Part shown: in pieces, positions 37,318-47,098 of the stretch | Numbering within the stretch: position 1 is the stretch's first letter | Layout: each line of letters begins with the position of its first letter | DNA from: an uncultured Thermodesulfobacteriota bacterium | GTDB taxonomy: Bacteria; Desulfobacterota; WTBG01; CAIYCZ01; CAIRTM01 | Direction of reading: 5' to 3' | Length of the DNA: 64,000 bases | Assembly (NCBI GenBank): GCA_964621615.1 | Contig: CAZUMW010000009.1 | Span: 24,802-88,801 of the forward strand | Notes under the pieces: generated by a model | The model's input: only the letters and a program-made list of their open reading frames with translations | Databases searched by the model: none | Told to the model about the DNA's origin: nothing | Made by a program: the position numbers and the translations under genes

Positions 37318-37893
37318 ATGCTGCCTGGTATAGCTAAAAAAGTCAATACAATTTTCAACAACAAAACAGTAAGAAAAGTGCTGTTAAAGTGTCGTTACCC
37401 CCTGTTTTTTGCCTTTGCGCTCCTTACGCTTGGCTACATAAAACGTGAATGGTTTATACCTGCTGTTTTGGTTTCTTTCACTGGCACATGTATTCAGTGC
37501 TGGTGTTTCGCTACCCTGGAGAAAAACAAGATCATTTGCTGGAAAGGGCCGTATCTGCTGGTGAGAAACCCAATGTACATCGGCCGCTATTTTATCATTT
37601 TCGGGTTTTTGCTACTGCTCGGCAATATATGGATTTTGATACTGTTTGCAATACTCTATTACTTTTATATGGTTAACCGTGTGCAGCGGGAAGAGAACAA
37701 ATTGAAAAGTATTTTCGGCGAAGCCTATGAAGAGTACTGCAATAAGGTTAACCGCTTTATGCCTTCTTTGAAAAATTACGACCACACGCAGTTTTTTCAG
37801 TTTTGCCTTACAACCTTCCTGCGCAACAACGGGCACTGGAATTTTACGTTGGTCCTTGCGGCACTTCTCAGCGCCTTTATCATAGTGAAATAA
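37318..37893 (+). CDS. Isoprenylcysteine carboxyl methyltransferase / PEMT-family membrane methyltransferase
   Basis: GPYLLVRNPMYIG, REENKLKSIFGEAYEEYCNKVNRF; AT-rich. Confidence 0.87.
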   Translation: MLPGIAKKVNTIFNNKTVRKVLLKCRYPLFFAFALLTLGYIKREWFIPAVLVSFTGTCIQCWCFATLEKNKIICWKGPYLLVRNPMYIGRYFIIFGFLLLLGNIWILILFAILYYFYMVNRVQREENKLKSIFGEAYEEYCNKVNRFMPSLKNYDHTQFFQFCLTTFLRNNGHWNFTLVLAALLSAFIIVK

Positions 37894-38259
37894 TATGTTC
37901 TCATAGATAGTCATGGCAGCAGGCGCGGGCCTTTTGTTGCTGGTGGCCGGTTTGCGAACAGCTGTTTTCTGACAGGCAGGAGCGCGGCGCATATCCATCG
38001 CAATATAGTGGTATTATTCATGTTGTCCATCAGCTTTTTTTTGTGCTTTTACCTTCTGAAAACCTCAAAAGAAGAATCGCGTCAGCCGCTTTGATCTTTT
38101 CGCCCCAGTTTGCAACAGCGATCCAGATCACAAAAATGTTCTCACCTTCAGGTTTTGATTTACAATAAAGGAATCCGTACAGGGTGCGCTTCCCAACCTG
38201 TTATGAATGTGCTATTTAGTAAAATAAATTCAATCTCACCACAGCACCTGTAATAACAC

Positions 38260-40029
38260 ATGAAATGGTACCGCTCGCTTCGAACAAAGCTGACCCTGAT
38301 ACTTATGGCGGCAAGCCTTGCAGCCACCTGTGTTACATCGGTCGCGTTTGTTGCGCTTGAGCTCTACACCCGCCGAAGCCTCCTTGTCGATGATATTACC
38401 GCCCAGGCCGAGCTGCTTGCCCGCAATTGCCAGGCAGCCCTTGCATTCAGGGTTCCTGAGGATGCCGATGCGATCCTGAACTCTCTGAAAAGCAAGACCG
38501 ATATTGCATATGCCTGCATATTTGACGCTGAGGGTGATGTGTTTGCCCAATACCGTCATCCCCGTGCACAAGAGCGCGCTTTTCTGCACGAGTCGGCTGA
38601 CGAGCGCCATGTCATCCGTGACAGGACCATGCACGTATACCGTGACATTTATCTGGATGAGAAGCCGGTCGGGGCGGTGTATATACAGGCTGACATGAAG
38701 CGCATATATTCGGCGCTTCGCCGCGATATGGCCCTGCTCGGGCTTGTGCTGCTGCTGGGAGCGCTTGTCGCCTTTGTGCTTTCGGCGCGGCTGCAGCGGC
38801 TTGTTTCGAAACCGGTTCTTGCCCTGGCAGAGACAGCCGGGGCTGTTTCGCATAACAATGATTACTCGGTGCGGGCCGAAAAGAAAAGCGGCGATGAAAT
38901 CGGCGTATTGATCGATGCCTTCAACACAATGCTCAACCGCATTCAGGAGCACGAGGTCGCCCTGAACGCCAGCACCGAGCGATTCCGGTCCCTGGTTGAG
39001 ACGACAAGCGACTGGATATGGGAAACCGATGCAAAGGGCTATTATACATATGCGAGCCCGGCGATACAGCCCATTCTCGGCTATCGGCCCGAGGACATTA
39101 TCGGCAGGCGGCTGTCTGATTTTATGCCTGAATACGAGTCAGCGCATGCGGGGCGGTCCATGCGCCGCAGGATGAAATCCTGTAAGCCGATTGTTATGTT
39201 TGAAACAAAACAGCTCCACCGCAACGGCGGGCTGGTGGTAATGGAAACCAGCGGGGTCCCTTTTTTTGACGGGTCAGGAACGCTGCTCGGCTACCGGGGG
39301 GTCGCCAGGGATGTTACAGAGCGGAGGCAGCTGGTGAGCGAGCTTGCAAATAAGACTCGCGAGCTTGAAAGTTTTGTGTATACTGTTTCACATGACCTGA
39401 AGGCGCCGCTGGTAAGCCTTGGCGGGTTCAGCTCCCTGCTTGTCAATCGCTATGGCGATATGCTGGACGCGGACGGCCGCCATTATCTGGAGCGGATTCA
39501 GGCAAACACGGCGCATATGGGCCGCATGATCGCAGAGCTTCTGGAGCTGTCGCGCATAGGGCGCGTTGTGGGGGATCGTAGCGCAGTGAATATGGACGAG
39601 CTGGCGGCGAAAGTCAGGGAGGATTTGCGGCCGGAGCTTGAGCTCAGGAACATCGATCTCAGAATACTCTCGCCGCTGCCGCGGCCTGTTGCCGATCGCG
39701 ACCGCATCGCGCAGGTTCTTGAGAATCTTTTTTCAAACGCGATACAATTTATGGGCGATCAGCAGGAGCCTGCTATAGAAGCCGGCTCGAGCGGGCAGCA
39801 GTCCGGCAAATATCTTTTTTTCGTCCGCGACAACGGAATCGGCATAGAGCCGGAATATTACGAAAAAATTTTCCAGCTGTTTCAGCGGCTTAACGACATC
39901 GACACAGACGGCACGGGGATCGGGCTGGCAATCGTTAAGCGAGTCATCGAGCATCATGGCGGCAGCATCTGGGTTGAATCACAGAAAGGGGAGGGCAGCA
40001 CGTTTTTCTTTACCCTCCCGGCGGAATAG
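38260..40029 (+). CDS. Sensor histidine kinase (periplasmic sensor-HAMP-PAS-HisKA-HATPase)
   Basis: Two TMs, HAMP DEIGVLIDAFN, PAS, H-box VSHDLKAPL, NLFSNA, DNGIGI, GTGIGL. Confidence 0.95.
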   Translation: MKWYRSLRTKLTLILMAASLAATCVTSVAFVALELYTRRSLLVDDITAQAELLARNCQAALAFRVPEDADAILNSLKSKTDIAYACIFDAEGDVFAQYRHPRAQERAFLHESADERHVIRDRTMHVYRDIYLDEKPVGAVYIQADMKRIYSALRRDMALLGLVLLLGALVAFVLSARLQRLVSKPVLALAETAGAVSHNNDYSVRAEKKSGDEIGVLIDAFNTMLNRIQEHEVALNASTERFRSLVETTSDWIWETDAKGYYTYASPAIQPILGYRPEDIIGRRLSDFMPEYESAHAGRSMRRRMKSCKPIVMFETKQLHRNGGLVVMETSGVPFFDGSGTLLGYRGVARDVTERRQLVSELANKTRELESFVYTVSHDLKAPLVSLGGFSSLLVNRYGDMLDADGRHYLERIQANTAHMGRMIAELLELSRIGRVVGDRSAVNMDELAAKVREDLRPELELRNIDLRILSPLPRPVADRDRIAQVLENLFSNAIQFMGDQQEPAIEAGSSGQQSGKYLFFVRDNGIGIEPEYYEKIFQLFQRLNDIDTDGTGIGLAIVKRVIEHHGGSIWVESQKGEGSTFFFTLPAE

Positions 40030-40087
40030 CGCTGCGGCGCTCCATGAAAGTGTTCCGGCATGGCGGGTTCCTATGTATCAAGGCACA

Positions 40088-40513
40088 ATGGATATTTTAG
40101 TTGCAGAGGACAATCACGATCATCTCGAGCTTATTGTGCAGGCGCTCAATGAGCAGCTGGGACCGGAATGCCGGATTGCGGTTGCGGGTGACGGGCAGCA
40201 GGCGCTTGATTACCTTTACCGGAAGGGGATGCATGCTGCCGACAGCAGCCATTTTCTGCCTGATCTCATACTGCTTGATCTCAATATGCCGAAAGTGGAT
40301 GGCCGTGATGTGCTTAAAGCGGTGAAGGAAGACGCTGAGCTGAGAACGATTCCGGTTGTTGTTCTGACGACCTCAACGCACGATCGGGACATAGCGGAAA
40401 GCTACCGCAGCGGCACGAATTCCTATATTGTCAAGCCGGTTATGTTTGACGAATTAAGGAAGGTTATCAGAGACATCACCGGTTACTGGGCTGCGACCAA
40501 TACCGGCCCTTGA
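40088..40513 (+). CDS. Single-domain response regulator (Rcp1-like)
   Basis: ILVAEDN, PDLILLDLNMPKVDG, IPVVVLTTS, NSYIVKP. Confidence 0.95.
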   Translation: MDILVAEDNHDHLELIVQALNEQLGPECRIAVAGDGQQALDYLYRKGMHAADSSHFLPDLILLDLNMPKVDGRDVLKAVKEDAELRTIPVVVLTTSTHDRDIAESYRSGTNSYIVKPVMFDELRKVIRDITGYWAATNTGP

Positions 40514-40551
40514 GAAAAGCTGATGCGCGAACCGGCTTCCGGAATACAAAC

Positions 40552-42123
40552 ATGGACAGCCACGAACCAATAGCCATTCTTATTGCAGAAGATAATCAGG
40601 ACCACTGTGAGCTGATGCAAAACAGCCTTGTTCAGTCAGAGCTTGACTGCACTGTCGACACAGTTGCGTCCGGGATTGACTGCTTTGACCGCGTTGCCGC
40701 CGGCGGCTATGATATCGTTATACTGGATTACCGCATACCCCGGATGGACGGCCTTGCGGTTCTTGCTGAAATGCGCCGCATGAACCTGGATGTGTCCGTT
40801 ATCATGGTGACCGGCATGGGAGATGAGCGAATTGCCGTTGAGGCGCTTAAAAGCGGTGCATATGACTATATAGTCAAAAGCGATGATTTTTTCGCGGAGC
40901 TTGTTCATACAGTAAAGCAAAGCGTCGAGCATCGCCGCCTGCGCACTGATCAGGAGCGTCTGCTTGCCAGGCTGCGCCATTCGGAGCAGCGCTACAGAAC
41001 GCTTTTTGAGGATTCCCCTCTGTCGTTGTGGGAGGAGGATTTTTCTGATGTGAAAAAGTATATCGATTCTCTGCGCGCATCGGGAGTAAGCGACTTTGAA
41101 AGCTATTTTGAAACGCATCCCGACAGCGTCGGCCGGTGTGTGTCACTGGTTAAAATAGTTGATGTCAATAAAGCGACCCTGGCGCTTTACAAGGCGGCCA
41201 CGCCGGAGGATCTGCGATCCGGGCTTCAGCATGTCATGGTTCCTGATTCATATGAGGCGGTGAAGCAGCAGCTTGCTGCGATCGCGGAAGGGCATACATC
41301 ATTTGCATGCGAAACCCAGAACAGAACCCTGGCCGGCGAGCCCATCTGCGTCCGGCTGCACTGGACTACGGCGCCCCCGGGTGATACGGGCTACGGGAAA
41401 GTACTCGTGTCGGTAGTTGATATAACCCAGATGCGCGCGCTTGAGCGGGAGCGGGCAAATCTCATTTCGATGTTTGCCCATGACATTAAATCTGCCCTGG
41501 TGGTGATTGAGAGCTTTGTGCAGCGGATGCGCAAGAAGCTGGATTCCCTGGAGCGGTACCGCCAGGAGAACTATCTTGACATTATTCAGAAGGAAGCTGA
41601 AAAGCTTGAGTTTATGGTGAGCGATTTTATGGAATTTTCGATGCTCAGGACAGGTGCGCTTCGCTATCAGTTTTCCTCTGTTTCTCTTGAGTCTCTTCTG
41701 CGGGATGTGCTTGAATCCTATCAGCCCCGGGCCGGCCAGTGCGGCGTCACAATCCGGCTTGAGCGCAGCTCTGCTCTGCCGGACATAGAGGCAGACGGCG
41801 AGCGGCTGCGCCGCGTTTTTACAAATATTATCGACAATGCGCTTAAATTTTCGCCGGATAACGGAACTGTTTCCATTGAGCTGGAAAGCCGCGGCGATGC
41901 TGTCCGGATTGCGATACGCGATCAGGGTGAAGGTATACCCCCATCGGATCTTAAAAAAATTTTTGATCCTTTTCACTGTTCCGGACCTCATGGACAGCAT
42001 GGTCACGGCCTCGGCCTGGCAACCGTTAAGGCGATTGTCGATGGCCACAGCGGCGCGGTACACGCAGAAAGCCACCCAGGGGCAGGAACAACGTTTTTTG
42101 TCACGCTTCCCTGCAGCCAATAG
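40552..42123 (+). CDS. Hybrid REC-PAS-histidine kinase
   Basis: ILIAEDN..ILDYRIP..YDYIVK; H-box FAHDIKS; NIIDNALKF; DQGEGI; GLGL. Confidence 0.92.
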   Translation: MDSHEPIAILIAEDNQDHCELMQNSLVQSELDCTVDTVASGIDCFDRVAAGGYDIVILDYRIPRMDGLAVLAEMRRMNLDVSVIMVTGMGDERIAVEALKSGAYDYIVKSDDFFAELVHTVKQSVEHRRLRTDQERLLARLRHSEQRYRTLFEDSPLSLWEEDFSDVKKYIDSLRASGVSDFESYFETHPDSVGRCVSLVKIVDVNKATLALYKAATPEDLRSGLQHVMVPDSYEAVKQQLAAIAEGHTSFACETQNRTLAGEPICVRLHWTTAPPGDTGYGKVLVSVVDITQMRALERERANLISMFAHDIKSALVVIESFVQRMRKKLDSLERYRQENYLDIIQKEAEKLEFMVSDFMEFSMLRTGALRYQFSSVSLESLLRDVLESYQPRAGQCGVTIRLERSSALPDIEADGERLRRVFTNIIDNALKFSPDNGTVSIELESRGDAVRIAIRDQGEGIPPSDLKKIFDPFHCSGPHGQHGHGLGLATVKAIVDGHSGAVHAESHPGAGTTFFVTLPCSQ

Positions 42124-42377
42124 CCCCGTGGGGAATGTTGAAAACCCACTTCTTCCCCGCCCTTTCATATAAGAGCACAAGCGCCCGGCCGGCCGGATTT
42201 TTTTGCCGGCTTACAAAAATACCACGATATATTTAAGCAGCCCACGGACGCCCCCCGATTTTCATTCCGCCTCCTACCTCATAAATTAACACGCTGTTAA
42301 TTCTGCGGTAACTTTTTATGTGCATATAGTAATTTGACAGGAACAGTGAGTTTAAAAAATGCGCAGGAAGCTGAATC

Positions 42378-42905
42378 ATGTTCGCCGCGCTGTGCAACCG
42401 GGTTTCATATCTGGACACCTTTTTTTTCAAGTCGCTATGCCGAGGGCATAACGCGAGGCCGCTATCCGCATGTGTCCGCGCTATCTCCCGCAGTGCCGAC
42501 GGTTACCTGTATCCTGTGATTGCCCTTGCGGTTCTGATCTGCTTTCCGGAGCACGGCCGCTCCTTTGCTCTTGCCGGCGCAGCGGCATATGCTGTAGAGC
42601 TTCCGCTGTATAAAATACTCAAAAATACCATCAAGCGGGACCGTCCGTTTGCCGTGCTTGCAGAAATTCACAGTGCTGTTGTGCCGATAGACCGGTTCAG
42701 CTTCCCTTCAGGGCATACTGCAGCTGCCGTTATCATGGCAACGCTGCTTGCTCATTTTTTTCCAATGCTGTCGGTTCCCGCCTTTATCTGGGCTGCTCTT
42801 GTGGCGTTTTCGCGTATTTATCTCGGCGTTCACTATCCCACGGATACGGTCGCGGGCGTGGCTCTGGGCTTTTTCAGCGCACAGGTCGGGCTTGCTCTGC
42901 TGTGA
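42378..42905 (+). CDS. PAP2-family phosphatase
   Basis: KNTIKRDRP, SFPSGH, SRIYLGVHYPTD. Confidence 0.93.
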   Translation: MFAALCNRVSYLDTFFFKSLCRGHNARPLSACVRAISRSADGYLYPVIALAVLICFPEHGRSFALAGAAAYAVELPLYKILKNTIKRDRPFAVLAEIHSAVVPIDRFSFPSGHTAAAVIMATLLAHFFPMLSVPAFIWAALVAFSRIYLGVHYPTDTVAGVALGFFSAQVGLALL

Positions 42906-43969
42906 ACATTCTGTATGGTATTCAGGCCACCGGCAACGGCCATATCAGCCGCTCACGCGAGGTGGTCGGCGCTTTAAAGAATGCAGGCCACAGCGTTTTT
43001 GTCATATTCAGCGGCCGAGATGCATCCCGGCTATGGAATGTTGAGCCCTTTGAGCCGTATGGTGTCTATGCAGGCATGACCTTTTGTTATGCGCGTGGGA
43101 GGATAAAGTATCTATCCACTCTGAAACAGCTCAGCCCCGTTCGCCTGTATCGCGATATCGTGTCGTTTCATGCACGGCCGTTCGACCTTGTTATAACCGA
43201 TTTCGAGCCGCTTTCAGCCCGTATTGCGCGGCGAAACAAAATCCCCAGTGTGGGTATCGGCCATCAATATGCGTTCCGGTATGCCATTCCCACAGCCGGG
43301 GGAGATCCCCTCGCACGGCTTGTTCTGCGGTATTTTGCACCTGCAGACCATGCGCTGGGCCTCCACTGGCATCATTTTGACGAGCCGATACTGCCCCCGA
43401 TACTGCCCCCGATGAGCGATGATGGCCGAGAGCCTGATCCGGATAAAATACTGGTTTACTTCCCGTTTGAATCCCGGCGTGACGTGCTGCAGCTCCTTGC
43501 ACCGTTTAGAAATGTCCGCTTCCATTATTATGCTGATGTGCCTGACCGAATCGAGCGGGGGAATGTGCTGCTGTGCCCCCACTCACGAAGCAGCTTTTTG
43601 CAGGATCTGCACACCTGCTCAGGGGTTATTACCAATGCCGGGTTTGAACTTCCCAGCGAAGCGCTTCGGATGGGTGCAAAGCTGCTGGTAAAACCTCTTG
43701 CAGGCCAGTTTGAGCAGGAATCTAATGCGCACACGCTTGAGCAGCTGAGGCTTGCGGCGGTTATGCGAGGCCTTGATCCGCAGGCTGTCAGCACATGGCT
43801 TGCAGCACCGCAGCCAGCGCCCGTCAGATATCCGCAGATAGGGAAATTTATTGCAGACTGGGTTGTTCGGGGACGGTGGTCAGAGGTGCGCGATGCCGTT
43901 GCGTCGGTGTGGAGGCAGGTAGAGGCCGGATCGGGGAAACGCGCGTTTCAGGAATGCTTTTCATTATGA
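42902..43969 (+). CDS. MJ1255/VC2487-family glycosyltransferase
   Basis: ILYGIQATGNGHISR, VITDFEP, GIGHQYAF, NAGFELPSEAL, GQFEQESN; GTGA overlap with the PAP2 gene. Confidence 0.87.
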   Translation: MNILYGIQATGNGHISRSREVVGALKNAGHSVFVIFSGRDASRLWNVEPFEPYGVYAGMTFCYARGRIKYLSTLKQLSPVRLYRDIVSFHARPFDLVITDFEPLSARIARRNKIPSVGIGHQYAFRYAIPTAGGDPLARLVLRYFAPADHALGLHWHHFDEPILPPILPPMSDDGREPDPDKILVYFPFESRRDVLQLLAPFRNVRFHYYADVPDRIERGNVLLCPHSRSSFLQDLHTCSGVITNAGFELPSEALRMGAKLLVKPLAGQFEQESNAHTLEQLRLAAVMRGLDPQAVSTWLAAPQPAPVRYPQIGKFIADWVVRGRWSEVRDAVASVWRQVEAGSGKRAFQECFSL

Positions 43970-46309
43970 GGGTGATTGATTTGCCGGTAAGGCCGCCTGT
44001 ATTGCTTTTAAAAGCTCAGCTATCGTGTACGGCTTCTGGATGTAGCGATATTTTTTTTCCTGGATGATGGTTCGCTGCGATTTTTCGTCTGTGTAGCCGC
44101 TGCACAGAATGGCCTGGACCGCCGGGTTTCTTCCGCGGATTTTTTCCACGAGGTCAAGCCCGTTTTCATCCGGCAGCACCACATCGCTGAGCACCAGAAG
44201 GATCTGATCGCTGTGCTGCTCAAACAGCGCAAGGGCCTCGCCGGCATCCGCAGCGTCATGTACCGTATAATTGTGCAGGCGGAGTGCCTCCGCACAGAAC
44301 AGGCGCACCTCCTTTTGATCCTCGACAACAAGAATATGCTCATTGTTGCCCCTCAGGGCTTCGGGGCTTAGCGGCTGTGTGCTGCTTTCCTGGGGGGGAA
44401 CGAACACCGCCGGCAGGTGCATGTTAAACGTGGTGCCCGCTGACGGATTGCTGTCCACGGCAATCCATCCGCCGTGCTGCTTCACGATGCCGTATACCAC
44501 GGCGAGGCCGAGGCCGGTGCCGCTGCCTGAGTCTTTGGTGCTGAAAAACGGCTCAAAGATACGCTCTGCGGTAGCGGGGTCCATGCCGATGCCCGTATCC
44601 GAAAAAGACACGCGAATATACTTTCCGGGACGCGCATCCGGGATGCTGCGGCACTGCTCCGGCGTTATTGTGACATTTTGGCTGCTGATAGTGAGCTCGC
44701 CGCCCTGGGGCATGGCGTCCCTGGCATTGACGACCAGATTCATGATAACCTGTTCCATGTTGCCGGCATCGGCCCGCACCGTCCACAAATCGTGGGCAAG
44801 GCAGTTTGAAAAATGAATGTTTTCGCCAATCAGGCGGCCGAGCATTTTGTGCATGTTTTCGATCGTGGTGTTTATGTTAATCAGGGTCGGCTCCATCGGC
44901 TGCTTGCGGCTGAACAGCAGCAGCTGCCGGGTAAGGGCCGCAGCCCGTACAGCGGCACGCTGAACCTGGCTCAGCTTGCTGTACAGGGGGTGCGATTCGT
45001 CAAGCTCAAGCATGCCCATTTCAACATACCCCTGAATGGTGGTTAAAAGGTTGTTGAAATCGTGCGCCACGCCCCCCGCCAGAATGCCGACAGCTTCCAT
45101 TTTCTGTGCCTGGAGCAGCTGTGCATAGATCTTTTTTTTCTCCTCATCAGCCTGTTTGTTTTCTGTTATGTCAGATATGACGACATAGCGGCCGGTTGTC
45201 TGACCGTCGACGCGGCATACGGAGTACCGGTTGTTTATGCACCGGCGGGTTCCGTCTTTTCGGGTTATCCAGTATTCTAGCTCACGCGGCGGGATGCCGG
45301 TCTCTTTCATTTCGGCATCTATCACCCTCAGCCGGCGGTGCTCTTCCGGGGCGGCAAGCCCCATTCCGTCCAGCTGCGTCAGCTCTTCGCGGGTGTAGCC
45401 CAGTATATCGCTGGCTCTGTTGTTGGCGTAGACGATCCGGTCGTTTTCTATAATCAGGAGCCCGTCCTGAATATTGTCAACCATGCGGCGGAAGCGATCT
45501 TCGCTTTCCTGAAGCGCCTCATCGGCACGAATGCGCTCGGCGATTTCCCGCTCCAGCTCATTGCGGGCTTTTTCCGCATCATTGGCGCGCGACTCGGCAT
45601 TTTCAGTTGCCTCGATCAGTGCGCGGTCGCGCTCCTGAATCTGATCGAGCATGCTGTTGAAGGCATTCATGAGCAGCCCCATTTCATCATTTGTTGATGG
45701 GACTGCGCGGACGCTGTAATTTTTTTTCTCTGAAACAGTGCGGGCGGTTTCGGTCAGCGACAGTATCGGGCGGGAGATTATGCGCTGGAGCTGCACGGCG
45801 ATAAGCGCAGCTGCGCATGCTCCCATAATTATCACTATCAGTATAATCATCAGATCGTATTTCAGGGCATTGGCGATTTGCTGCATATCGGAGCACAGGT
45901 ATACCGATCCGATGCGCGAATCGCCGAGGCGTACGGGATGCAGAATGTGCAGGTGCTTTTTGCTGAATGCGTATCCGCTTTTAAGGTATTCCGGCGGTGT
46001 GAGGCTGCCGCTGACCCCGGAGCGCGTGTACTGGGCAAACAGCTCGCCGTCTGCGGTATAGACACTGGCCGTAATAATTGATGATTTAGCCCACAGAGCG
46101 CTGAGAATCTCGCGAGCGTCTTCCGGAACGCCGAACGCGATCGCTGCCTGTGCGTTGCTGCCGATTACCTGCGCCTGCACCGTTAAATCAGCAACCAGCG
46201 CGCGGCGCATGGCGACGATATCAAACACGACAAACGCGCAGCATGAGATGAGCATCGCTGCGGTGCTGGTCAGTATCAGGATTGCGGTCAGCTTTTTTTT
46301 AATGGTCAT
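43964..46309 (-). CDS. Hybrid sensor kinase (sensor-HAMP-PAS-HisKA-HATPase-REC)
   Basis: Two TMs, HAMP, PAS, AGGVAHDFNNLL, NLVVNARDA, GTGLGL, and a C-terminal REC domain. Confidence 0.95.
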   Translation of the reverse strand: MTIKKKLTAILILTSTAAMLISCCAFVVFDIVAMRRALVADLTVQAQVIGSNAQAAIAFGVPEDAREILSALWAKSSIITASVYTADGELFAQYTRSGVSGSLTPPEYLKSGYAFSKKHLHILHPVRLGDSRIGSVYLCSDMQQIANALKYDLMIILIVIIMGACAAALIAVQLQRIISRPILSLTETARTVSEKKNYSVRAVPSTNDEMGLLMNAFNSMLDQIQERDRALIEATENAESRANDAEKARNELEREIAERIRADEALQESEDRFRRMVDNIQDGLLIIENDRIVYANNRASDILGYTREELTQLDGMGLAAPEEHRRLRVIDAEMKETGIPPRELEYWITRKDGTRRCINNRYSVCRVDGQTTGRYVVISDITENKQADEEKKKIYAQLLQAQKMEAVGILAGGVAHDFNNLLTTIQGYVEMGMLELDESHPLYSKLSQVQRAAVRAAALTRQLLLFSRKQPMEPTLININTTIENMHKMLGRLIGENIHFSNCLAHDLWTVRADAGNMEQVIMNLVVNARDAMPQGGELTISSQNVTITPEQCRSIPDARPGKYIRVSFSDTGIGMDPATAERIFEPFFSTKDSGSGTGLGLAVVYGIVKQHGGWIAVDSNPSAGTTFNMHLPAVFVPPQESSTQPLSPEALRGNNEHILVVEDQKEVRLFCAEALRLHNYTVHDAADAGEALALFEQHSDQILLVLSDVVLPDENGLDLVEKIRGRNPAVQAILCSGYTDEKSQRTIIQEKKYRYIQKPYTIAELLKAIQAALPANQSPS

Positions 46310-46940
46310 ATGGGCTGCCGCTCCGGTTATGCGGGTGTGCTGCTTTGAAAGCGGTGTGCATACGGTGCTCCTGCTGCTTTGAGGTTGGCGATGGGGGGCC
46401 GCTGAGCACCCGGACCGCCGCTCTAAGCATTTTTGAGCTTATGGTCAGCCCCGCAGCGTTTGCCCGGCGAAGGTTAACCGCAAACCGGATCCGTCCGCTG
46501 ACCGTATGAAATTCAATAATGCCGCCGGCTTCGACAAATCCGTTAATGTCCGAGACGGTCAAAACCGGCGCGCTGTCAATATTCTGCAGTATTTCTGTGA
46601 GGTTGTTTTGCTCTGATGAGCTGACATACAGGATTTCATAACGCTCCAGGTCACAATCCTTCCGGTACGGGCCCAGATAGGTAACGGCGAGATGTCTGCT
46701 TTTTGCGTGAAGATACGTCCCGTCAATTTCATTGAAATAGTTTTTGAAGGGGCTTGTTCCCAGAACGGCGATCCTCAAAGGGTTTTCGCCGGTGCGAGGG
46801 CTCGCCACGGGGGAGGCTGTTTCCGAGACCTGGCGGGATGAGGGCGGGGATGCTGCCTCCTGCCCCTCCCCCGGCCAGGTGACAAACATAATGAATTTGT
46901 AAATGTAGGCCGCTTTTACCTTGAATTCAGGGGCGGTCAT
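46299..46940 (-). CDS. YfiR-family (DUF4154) periplasmic protein
   Basis: KVKAAYIYKFIMFVTWP, VLTVSD, RIRFAVNL..AGLTISSKML. The real start is probably upstream (see findings). Confidence 0.9.
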   Translation of the reverse strand: MTAPEFKVKAAYIYKFIMFVTWPGEGQEAASPPSSRQVSETASPVASPRTGENPLRIAVLGTSPFKNYFNEIDGTYLHAKSRHLAVTYLGPYRKDCDLERYEILYVSSSEQNNLTEILQNIDSAPVLTVSDINGFVEAGGIIEFHTVSGRIRFAVNLRRANAAGLTISSKMLRAAVRVLSGPPSPTSKQQEHRMHTAFKAAHPHNRSGSPYDH

Positions 46941-47098
46941 TTGAGCGTAGGCTGCGGCCGCGCCGCCGCATACCGCGGCTATTAAAAAAGCGGCAACAGC
47001 AGGCGATACCGCTTTGCGGCAGCGGGAAAGCAGACCGGCCCTGATCGCATGAAGCGCTACGCGGTGCGGCGCCTGCGCGGGTTCATTTTGTCTGCAGC

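Noticed and set aside
37907-38030. 36-aa minus-strand ORF MNNTTILRWICAALLPVRK..
   Set aside because: Weak RBS and no recognisable homology; cannot be supported.
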